Positions 1-7,522 of a DNA stretch of 64,000 bases are shown piece after piece. How positions within the stretch are numbered: the first letter of the stretch is position 1; every line of letters begins with the position of its first letter. The notes under the pieces were generated by a model that searched no databases, was not told the DNA's origin, and saw only the letters and a list, made by a program, of their open reading frames with translations. This DNA comes from Sulfurimonas crateris (GTDB taxonomy: Bacteria > Campylobacterota > Campylobacteria > Campylobacterales > Sulfurimonadaceae): the NCBI GenBank assembly GCA_945883795.1, contig CAMCYC010000005.1, forward strand, positions 6,213 through 70,212. Reading direction: 5' to 3'. The position numbers were made by a program, and so were the translations under genes.

Positions 1-32
1 CGCAATAGCGCCGATACTCGTTGTTTCAAAAT

Positions 33-272
33 TTACGCTTGTGTTGTAGTTTTTGGAGTTAAAGTTGATAAGTCTGACGCAGTTTCAACTTTTTTAGGAG
101 TTTCACTTTGAGCAGTTGTTGCTACCTCTGCATCATCGCTTTTCATCTCATTTTTAAAGTTCTTTATCCCCTGACCAATACCTTTTGCTAAATCTGGTAT
201 CTTTTTAGCACCAAATAATAAAACGATAATCCCAAATATTACCAATAATTCTGTTCCGCTAGGCATTCCCAT
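33..272 (-). CDS. tatA: twin-arginine translocase subunit TatA/E
   Basis: 79 aa. A single N-terminal TM helix ([13 protein letters not shown]) is followed by an amphipathic helix ([18 protein letters not shown]) and a charged tail, which is the TatA signature. Confidence 0.9.
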   Translation of the reverse strand: MGMPSGTELLVIFGIIVLLFGAKKIPDLAKGIGQGIKNFKNEMKSDDAEVATTAQSETPKKVETASDLSTLTPKTTTQA

Positions 273-338
273 AATTGTTCCTTTATTTTTTAAAATTAAG
301 CCAAAAAGTATATCTACTCTTTGCTGTGACTACTCTTA

Positions 339-393
339 GTGAACTACCCAATCGTTTTAGCAAGCTAAAGACGATTGGGATTTCAGCTATTTA
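339..393. repeat. copy 1 of a short repeat family resembling an IS200/IS605 right-end hairpin plus tail
   Basis: Hairpin CCCAATCGT (347..355) / ACGATTGGG (371..379). The 30-mer GCTAAAGACGATTGGGATTTCAGCTATTTA (364..393) is identical to 18458..18487. Bases 339..379 match 10497..10536 at 36/41. Confidence 0.7.
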
Positions 394-482
394 ATTGTTA
401 AAATTTTATCCCGCAAAAATATATTAACTTAAACTACTTTATACTATAATCGTTCAATTAGTTTTACTATTAGGAGTAAAAA

Positions 483-1688
483 TTGAAAAATCTTCTAAAT
501 AACCTCTTTGAACTTTCTCATCAAAAAATACAAAATCAAAAAGAGTCGTATCATCGTTTTTTGTTTGATATCATAGTGAAAAATAACTCAAAATTTAGTG
601 GTATTTATGGTTCAAGAGGTGTTGGAAAAACTACACTTTTATTGCAAATTGCTACTTCTTTTAAACTCAAAAATGATGAACTGCTTTATATATCGTGTGA
701 CCATCCACTTTTAGCAGGAGTCTCTCTTTTTGAACTGACACAAGAGTTTAGTAAATATGGCGGAAAATGTATCTTGATAGATGAAGTGCATGAAGCTTTA
801 AACTTTGAACAAGAGCTTAAAAGCATTTATGATTTTTTAGATATCAAAGTGCTTTTTTCAGGTTCTAGTGCCATCAAACTAACAAACCCCTCATTTACAA
901 GACGCTACGCTATGCATCACTTACCAATACTCTCATTTAAGGAGTATTTGGAACTGAGTTTACATACAACACTTCAAAGCTACGCTTTAGAAGATATCAT
1001 CTCAAATCATAGTGACATTGCCAACACAATTTTACAAGAACTTGGCGATGAAAAAGTCCTCAAACACTTTGAGGAGTACTTAAAAATCGGGGCATATCCA
1101 TTTTACTTTGAAAACAAGCAAAACTATACACAAATGGTACTCGATACTATCAATACTATTCTTTATGCAGATTTAGGTTCGCTTTATAATATAAGCGGAG
1201 AGAAAATTATAGTACTTCGTAAACTACTTACTTCCATTTGTGTTTCAAATCCACTAGAGTTAAGCGTGGAAACACTTGCACAAAAAGTAGGTGCTTCAAA
1301 AGTGACACTTTATAAGTATATAGAGCTACTTCATAAAGCAGAACTTCTCAGACATGTAGTCTTTGAAGGCAAAAGGTTTAAATCACTTCAAAAGCCGGAT
1401 AAGCTTTATCTTGCAAATACAACTTTGTTTTCTAGTCTGTGCATGGAGCCAAAGATTGGTACGATAAGAGAGACTTTTTTTGCTTCACAAGTAAGTGTCA
1501 AAAGTTCGCTTTATTATGTAGATAGAGGAGACTTTTTAGTAGCCCAAAAGTACACGGTAGAGATTGGTGGGAAAAACAAAAGCTTTGAGCAAATCAAAGA
1601 TATAGAAAACAGTTTTATAGCTGCGGATGAGATAGAAATGGGATTTAAAAATAAAATTCCACTTTGGCTATTTGGGTTTTTATATTAA
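483..1688 (+). CDS. AAA+ ATPase of the COG1373 type (AAA_14 plus DUF4143-like C-terminal domain), paralog 1
   Basis: TTG start preceded by AGGAG. Walker A GSRGVGKTTL, Walker B CILIDEVH. The C-terminal segment YTVEIGGKNK...KIPLWLFGFLY is shared with the ORF at 10910..12121. Confidence 0.8.
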   Translation: MKNLLNNLFELSHQKIQNQKESYHRFLFDIIVKNNSKFSGIYGSRGVGKTTLLLQIATSFKLKNDELLYISCDHPLLAGVSLFELTQEFSKYGGKCILIDEVHEALNFEQELKSIYDFLDIKVLFSGSSAIKLTNPSFTRRYAMHHLPILSFKEYLELSLHTTLQSYALEDIISNHSDIANTILQELGDEKVLKHFEEYLKIGAYPFYFENKQNYTQMVLDTINTILYADLGSLYNISGEKIIVLRKLLTSICVSNPLELSVETLAQKVGASKVTLYKYIELLHKAELLRHVVFEGKRFKSLQKPDKLYLANTTLFSSLCMEPKIGTIRETFFASQVSVKSSLYYVDRGDFLVAQKYTVEIGGKNKSFEQIKDIENSFIAADEIEMGFKNKIPLWLFGFLY

Positions 1689-1853
1689 ATGGGAAGATGT
1701 ATACTACCCCAAAAAATAAACTAAAATAACACATTAGTTAAAAATAAAAATTTCAAAAAAGTTATCTTAATTTTTCAGCACAGTATAGTCCAGAGCAACT
1801 TGCAAATTCAAACCTAATCAAGTAGCTAGGTTTTATCTTAGCAAACTTTTGCT

Positions 1854-2480
1854 TTAAAATTCAATATCTTCCCAGTTTTGGACAAAATTATTTATCTCTT
1901 CTATGGGTATTTTTAACTTTGCGGCAACGGCAATTAATTTCAAAGCAGATGCAGCAACTTCTAAATCGTCATTGACTATTAAAAAATCGTATTCAGAAAC
2001 TCGTTGAATCTCTCTTTTTGCCATTTTAATACGACTCTCAATCACCTCTTGCGAATCAGTAGAGCGGTTTTTAAGTCTTTTTTTTAACTCTGAGAGCGTT
2101 GGTGGAGTTATAAATACTGAAGTAACAATATCACCCAATCTGTTATTCACAGCGGTATTGCCTTGCACATCAATATCAAAAATGACTAATTTACCGTTAT
2201 TTAATGCTTCTTTTACTGGTTTAAGAGAGGTTCCGTAATAATTGCCATGAACTAAGGCATATTCCAAAAAGCAATCGTTATCTATCCCTTTTTTAAACTC
2301 TTCTATGCTCACAAAATAGTAATGCACACCCTCTTCTTCACCTTTTCTTATTGGGCGAGTTGTAGTAGAGATTGAGAAATAATAATCACCAATCTCACCA
2401 GATACCTTATTTATAAGAGAACTTTTCCCCGCACCGCTTGGACCAGAAAGAACAAGGACTGCACCACTTTTAGCATTCAC
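1854..2480 (-). CDS. gmk: guanylate kinase
   Basis: 208 aa. P-loop GPSGAGKSS and TTRPIRKGEEEGVHYYFV, the guanylate kinase signature. Confidence 0.93.
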   Translation of the reverse strand: MNAKSGAVLVLSGPSGAGKSSLINKVSGEIGDYYFSISTTTRPIRKGEEEGVHYYFVSIEEFKKGIDNDCFLEYALVHGNYYGTSLKPVKEALNNGKLVIFDIDVQGNTAVNNRLGDIVTSVFITPPTLSELKKRLKNRSTDSQEVIESRIKMAKREIQRVSEYDFLIVNDDLEVAASALKLIAVAAKLKIPIEEINNFVQNWEDIEF

Positions 2481-4651
2481 TAATTATCACCCAATGTTAT
2501 ATTGATATTAATCTTCATCCCTTTTAATGATGCAGCTACCTCTGCATTTGAAAGTGCTTGTAGTAATTTTTTGAGAGATTCTACATTAGGATTTTCTTCA
2601 TCATTTTTTGGTGCTTCTTTTTGAATCACTGGCTCTGGTATCTCTTCTTTAGGCAATTCCTCTTCTAAATCCTCGACTTCTTCACCAATAGCAATTTTTA
2701 AATCTCTACTATTTAATTTATCAATACCATCTAAAGCACTTAATGGTTCCTCTAAATCTGAATCTAGCTGAATTTCGCTTTCTAAGTCTTCTTCAGTGAG
2801 GTTCCCAACTGCATTTTTAATTTGAGATGCTAAGTCTTCTAACTCCACATCACTCTCTTGCAACTCTTCATCTTTTTCTAATAACTCTTCTAGTTGAGAA
2901 TCTTCTTCTATCTCATCCAAAGAGTTTTCTTCTTCCAACGAATTTTCAAGAGAAATATTTTGAGTGCATGAGTCATCTTCCAAATGACCATCCATTGATA
3001 ATTCTCCGCCATCACATTTTGTAATTATAATATTATCTTCTGCGAGGGAGAGTTCTTCTTCGAGAGAATCATCTTCAAGTGATATTTCATCATCATCTTC
3101 TGGAGTTGAAAGTTCTTCTTCGAAGGAATCAGCTCCAAGCGATAACTCTTCGTCTAAATCATCTTCTGGAGTTGAGAGTTCTTCTTCAAGAGAATCATCT
3201 TCATCAAGTGATAATTCTTCTAAATCATCTTCTGTGGTTGTATCATCTTCTGGAGTTGAGAGTTCTTCTTCAAGAGAATCTTCTTCATCAAGTGATAACT
3301 CTTCTAAATCATCTTCTGTGGTTGAGAGTTCTTCTTCGAGAGAATCTTCTTCGAGAGAATCTTCTTCAAGAGAATCTTCTTCAAGAGAATCATCTTCAAA
3401 TGATAACTCTTCTTCTAAATCATCTTCTGGAGTTGAAAGTTCTTCTTCGAGAGAATCTTCTTCAAGTGATAAGTCATCATACATGGATAATTCTTCCAAA
3501 TCATTTGCACTTGTATCATCTTTACCAAGTGACATAGTTTCTGCTAATAACTCTTTTTCTAACTCCTCATCCATACTTAAAGCTTCTTCTAAATCATCTA
3601 TACCTGAAGTTATATCATCTCCTTCAAGGGATAAATCTTCTTGAAGTGTATCTTTACTTTGAGCGGACAATTCCTCTTCTAAATCATCATCAATAGATAA
3701 TTCTTCCTCTAGCTCATCCGTGGGAAAGCTGTTATCATCTTCTGCAAGTTCTTCAAGTGACAACTCTTCTTCAAGCTCATCTTCTTCAAGTGACAACTCT
3801 TCTTCAAGTGATAATTCTTCTTCAAGTGACAACTCTTCATGAAGCGAATCTTCGTCAAATGACCTATTTTGAGTTAATAAATTTTCATCTAAATCATCAA
3901 TCTCTGATAGCAATTCATCTTCTTCAAGGGAGATATTCTTTATTAATAACTCTTTATCATTATCTATTTCTAATGCTTCGTCTAAATCATCAAAAGCAAT
4001 ATCATCAGCAGAAAAATCATCTTCATCTGCTTCATCAAGAAGGTCTTGAACTTCTTGAAGTTCATCTTTGTCTAACACTCTACTTGTATTTTCATCATCG
4101 TCAATGGATAAATCATCTTCTGATAATGAACTGTCTAATTGTAAATCATCGCTTAATTCTACCTCATTAAAATCCAAATCTTCATCTGATAATAAATCTT
4201 CATCTGATAATAAATTTTCATCTAAATTCAAATTTAGACTTAAATTTTCATCTAACTTTAAATCATCATCATTCTCTAATTCTGCTAGTTCTTCATCTAA
4301 AGCGATTATTTTTTCTTCTGGTGGAGCTGATTTAAGTTGTTTTGCAAGATTAGAAAAAAGTTCAACTAATTCAGTAGGCAAAAATGGTTTTCTCATAGTT
4401 GATGTGAAACCATTTGCTATAGGTCCTTTTCTTGAATAAATATATAATGACTTAGTATATTTTGTTTTACTTTTTATCTTTTGTAAAGATTCCTCGTCAT
4501 ACAAAGCATCATCAACAATTAAAAGGTCATATTCTCCATCTCTTATCTCATTTATATTAGTGACAACATCAAGGTGGTCTGAAGTTTTTTGTGCACTAAG
4601 TGTAACTAGTTTGCTCACTACTGGATTATCATTTACAAGTAATATTTTCAC
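2480..4651 (-). CDS. receiver-like domain protein with a very long polyacidic repeat region (highly acidic / poly-E-rich protein)
   Basis: 723 aa. The N-terminal ~105 aa are REC-like (MKILLVNDNP..., LLIVDD, RKPF). About 550 aa of D/E/L/S repeats follow (EELSLEED, DSLEE, EELSTPEDD). There is a short non-acidic C-terminus. It lies between gmk and fliR, as in other epsilonproteobacteria from memory. Confidence 0.8.
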   Translation of the reverse strand: MKILLVNDNPVVSKLVTLSAQKTSDHLDVVTNINEIRDGEYDLLIVDDALYDEESLQKIKSKTKYTKSLYIYSRKGPIANGFTSTMRKPFLPTELVELFSNLAKQLKSAPPEEKIIALDEELAELENDDDLKLDENLSLNLNLDENLLSDEDLLSDEDLDFNEVELSDDLQLDSSLSEDDLSIDDDENTSRVLDKDELQEVQDLLDEADEDDFSADDIAFDDLDEALEIDNDKELLIKNISLEEDELLSEIDDLDENLLTQNRSFDEDSLHEELSLEEELSLEEELSLEEDELEEELSLEELAEDDNSFPTDELEEELSIDDDLEEELSAQSKDTLQEDLSLEGDDITSGIDDLEEALSMDEELEKELLAETMSLGKDDTSANDLEELSMYDDLSLEEDSLEEELSTPEDDLEEELSFEDDSLEEDSLEEDSLEEDSLEEELSTTEDDLEELSLDEEDSLEEELSTPEDDTTTEDDLEELSLDEDDSLEEELSTPEDDLDEELSLGADSFEEELSTPEDDDEISLEDDSLEEELSLAEDNIIITKCDGGELSMDGHLEDDSCTQNISLENSLEEENSLDEIEEDSQLEELLEKDEELQESDVELEDLASQIKNAVGNLTEEDLESEIQLDSDLEEPLSALDGIDKLNSRDLKIAIGEEVEDLEEELPKEEIPEPVIQKEAPKNDEENPNVESLKKLLQALSNAEVAASLKGMKININITLGDN
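2950..4290 (-). repeat. in-frame acidic low-complexity and tandem-repeat tract (approximate bounds)
   Basis: Units such as ATCATCTTCTGGAGTTGAGAGTTCTTCTTCAAGAGAATC recur about 5 times between about 3090 and 3470, with many shorter GAA/GAT-complement repeats. Confidence 0.8.
3338..3397 (-). repeat. four tandem 15-nt units (GAGAGAATCTTCTTC and variants) encoding (DSLEE)x4
   Basis: Units at 3338..3352, 3353..3367, 3368..3382 and 3383..3397. The first two are identical and the last two differ by 1-2 nt. Confidence 0.9.
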
Positions 4652-4721
4652 ACCGTTTCCTTTGAGAGTAATATGCCATCATCGTCATATCTCTAATTTG
4701 CATTATTGTATCGAAAAAAAA

Positions 4722-5486
4722 TTAAAAAAGCATCTCTAAGAAGTTAAATGATTCTTGCATTTGCATCTTCAAAATAAGCATCATGGCAGTAAAAACAGCG
4801 ATTAGTACGACGAATGAAACCATGATTTTTATTGGAAATCCAATAACAAGTAAGTTAAATTGAGGCATCGTTTTCATAAGCATACCAAAAATAATATCAG
4901 CGAGCATAGACAAAGCGATAATAGGAAAAGCAATCAGAAAACCTACAACAAGCATGTTCGCTGTTGCATGCATTATATAGTGAAAAAGATTTTCACTCAT
5001 GATAAATCCACCTAAAGGAATTTTCACAAGTGAATCATTGATAAAAAGTAACATCCAATGGTGTAAATTCATAGATAAAAGCATCATTAAACCCATGAGA
5101 GATAAAAACTGAGAAATAATTGGCATAGAAATACCACTTTGTGGGTCGATTGCACTTGCCATGGAAAAACCCATCATAAAAGAGATAAGCCCACCTGCAA
5201 AGGTTATAACATTATAGGCAAGAAGTAAAACAATCCCTATAGCTAATCCAAACATAAACTCACTTAAAACTGCTAATACAATTGATGGAAATGTGATAGC
5301 GATTTGTAAAGCTGGCATTGATGGATAAAAAACGACAGTAAAAACAAAAGCCATAGCAGTTTTTACCGAAGGGGTAATATTTTGGTGCGAAAAGATAGGA
5401 ACAGCAATAAATAAAGATGCAAAACGAAAAAATAAAAGCATAAAGGCTACAATATTTGTGTCCGAAAAAAGACTTGCCCAATCCAT
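4722..5486 (-). CDS. fliR: flagellar type III export apparatus protein FliR
   Basis: 254 aa polytopic membrane protein. N-terminus FMLLFFRFASLFIAVPIFS is typical of FliR. Conserved neighbourhood. Confidence 0.85.
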   Translation of the reverse strand: MDWASLFSDTNIVAFMLLFFRFASLFIAVPIFSHQNITPSVKTAMAFVFTVVFYPSMPALQIAITFPSIVLAVLSEFMFGLAIGIVLLLAYNVITFAGGLISFMMGFSMASAIDPQSGISMPIISQFLSLMGLMMLLSMNLHHWMLLFINDSLVKIPLGGFIMSENLFHYIMHATANMLVVGFLIAFPIIALSMLADIIFGMLMKTMPQFNLLVIGFPIKIMVSFVVLIAVFTAMMLILKMQMQESFNFLEMLF

Positions 5487-6130
5487 TATTTCACCTGTAG
5501 AAGCTCTTTGTTTTCAAGTTTGTAAACTTTTTTACATTGAAATGCCAAACCTTCATCATGGGTTACAAGCACCATGCCCGCTTTGTTATTTTGGCAATAT
5601 TCAAAAAAAAGTTCCATCACATCATGTGCAGTTTCTTTGTCAAGATTTCCTGTTGGCTCATCTGCAAATATTATGCGAGGTTTTTTTGTAAGCACTCTTG
5701 CGATTGAAACTCTTTGTTGCTGTCCACCTGAGAGTTGCGTTACTTTTTGGTTGATACATATGTCTATTCCAAGTTTTTTTAAAAGAGTATTATCAATCTC
5801 ATTTTGGGAAAGTAAACTCGCAACTTCAAGATTTTCATAAGCACTAAAACCTTTAAAAAGATAGTGTGATTGAAATACTAAACCAAGTGAATCCCGTTTG
5901 ATTTGAGCTAATCTTTTTTTACTAAGTTTTGCAATATTTTCATTAAAAAGTAAAACTTCACCTCTATTTGGTTCTAGTAAAGTTGAGAGAACATGTAAAA
6001 GAGTAGATTTTCCACTTCCACTAATTCCAATAATGGCTATTGATTCACCCTCTTCTAATTCAAGCGAAACATCATGAAAAAGTTCATATTCAAATGTATG
6101 TGATAAGTTTTTTGCAGCTAATAAATTCAT
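5486..6130 (-). CDS. ABC transporter ATP-binding protein (LolD/FtsE-like)
   Basis: Walker A GISGSGKSTLL, signature LSGGQQQRV, Walker B IIFADEPT. I prefer the ATG at 6130 (MNLLAAKNL...) over the GTG at 6163. Confidence 0.85.
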   Translation of the reverse strand: MNLLAAKNLSHTFEYELFHDVSLELEEGESIAIIGISGSGKSTLLHVLSTLLEPNRGEVLLFNENIAKLSKKRLAQIKRDSLGLVFQSHYLFKGFSAYENLEVASLLSQNEIDNTLLKKLGIDICINQKVTQLSGGQQQRVSIARVLTKKPRIIFADEPTGNLDKETAHDVMELFFEYCQNNKAGMVLVTHDEGLAFQCKKVYKLENKELLQVK

Positions 6131-6229
6131 AAATGGATTATAGCATTTAATCCAAAATAACACTCCAAAATTACATGTTAGCCTTTTTATAAATTATTCC
6201 TTTTTAAAAACTTTTGCTAGAATATCAAA

Positions 6230-7480
6230 ATGAACTCATATACAGATAAATTTAACGAATCAATCAAAAATACTGTTTTTACAAAACTTCCTTTAATAGA
6301 GCAATCTTTTATTGAAGAAAAAGCGTATAAACTTTATTTTACTTTTTCAGAACTCAAACAAATTATTGATATGGCAAGAGACCTTGGGATGTGGCATGAA
6401 AAAAGTATTATAGAAATTTTTCCACAACATGAACAAAAAAAAGTGGTTTTTGCAAGACTAAGAAAAGCGTATGAAGAGATACGAGATAAACCCAATTCTT
6501 ATAAAAATTTTGAACTCAAAAATATTCCAAAAGAGCAAAAATATAGTTTTAAAACTATTCCAAAAGAGGGGTTTGGTTTGGGACTTTGTCCTGTGGCTAG
6601 TGAAAAAACACGCTGTTGTAATCTGCTCACTCTTGACGCTGTTGAGAGTTGCGGTTTTGATTGCTCTTATTGTTCTATTCAGAGTTTTTATAACCAAAAT
6701 ACTATCTCATTTGATAGCGGTTTTGCCAATAAACTACAAAATCTAAAACTTGAGCAAAATAAAACTTACCATATTGGAACAGGACAAGCTTCGGATTCAC
6801 TTATGTGGGGTAATAGAGAAGGAATTTTGGATGCACTTTTTTTATTTGCAAAAGAAAATCCAAATGTAATTTTAGAGTTTAAAACTAAATCCGATACCAT
6901 CAAATATTTTTTAGAAAATGAGGTACCAAAAAATATCCTTTGTACTTGGTCGCTTAACACAACCACAATTATAGAAAATGAGGAACATCTCACCGCTTCG
7001 CTGGAGAAACGGATAGATGCAGCAAGAAAAATAGCAGATAAAGGGGTAAAAGTTGGATTTCATTTTCACCCAATTGTGGAATATGAAAACTATCTTGAAG
7101 AGTATTTTGAGGTTTATACAAAATTACTAGCAACATTTGAATCCCATGAAGTTGCACTTATAAGTTTTGGTACACTTACTTTTATAAAACCTGTGATTAA
7201 ACAGCTTCGGGAGAGGGAATTTAGAACTAAAATCACTCAGATTCCTCATGCAGATGCAAGTGGAAAAACATCTTATCCACATGCAACAAAAGTGGAGATG
7301 TTCAAACATGCGTATGAAAGTTTTAAACCTTGGCATAAAGATATATTTTTTTATCTTTGTATGGAAGAACATGGGATGTGGAAGGAAACATTTGGGTATC
7401 AATATTCTACAAATAATGATTTTGAGCATGCAATGTTGCACTCCTATTGTGATAAAATAGGAATTAATTATTTTATTTAA
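6230..7480 (+). CDS. radical SAM protein, spore-photoproduct-lyase-like (SPL family)
   Basis: 416 aa. CGFDCSYCSIQ is a CX3CX2C radical SAM cluster motif. The overall layout resembles SplB-like proteins. Confidence 0.65.
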   Translation: MNSYTDKFNESIKNTVFTKLPLIEQSFIEEKAYKLYFTFSELKQIIDMARDLGMWHEKSIIEIFPQHEQKKVVFARLRKAYEEIRDKPNSYKNFELKNIPKEQKYSFKTIPKEGFGLGLCPVASEKTRCCNLLTLDAVESCGFDCSYCSIQSFYNQNTISFDSGFANKLQNLKLEQNKTYHIGTGQASDSLMWGNREGILDALFLFAKENPNVILEFKTKSDTIKYFLENEVPKNILCTWSLNTTTIIENEEHLTASLEKRIDAARKIADKGVKVGFHFHPIVEYENYLEEYFEVYTKLLATFESHEVALISFGTLTFIKPVIKQLREREFRTKITQIPHADASGKTSYPHATKVEMFKHAYESFKPWHKDIFFYLCMEEHGMWKETFGYQYSTNNDFEHAMLHSYCDKIGINYFI

Positions 7481-7522
7481 TATATTAGAAAGTATAATAC
7501 ATTAAAAAACGGAAATAGATTT

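Noticed and set aside
2827-4439. Plus-strand ORFs of 65 to 152 aa (2827..3024, 3079..3537, 3234..3644, 3757..4170, 4068..4439) lie opposite the acidic protein gene.
   Set aside because: They are the antisense reading of GAA/GAT/CTC-type repeats, which gives Ser/Leu/Phe-rich low-complexity strings and stop-free frames by composition alone. They have no Shine-Dalgarno sequences, and they overlap each other and a well-supported gene.
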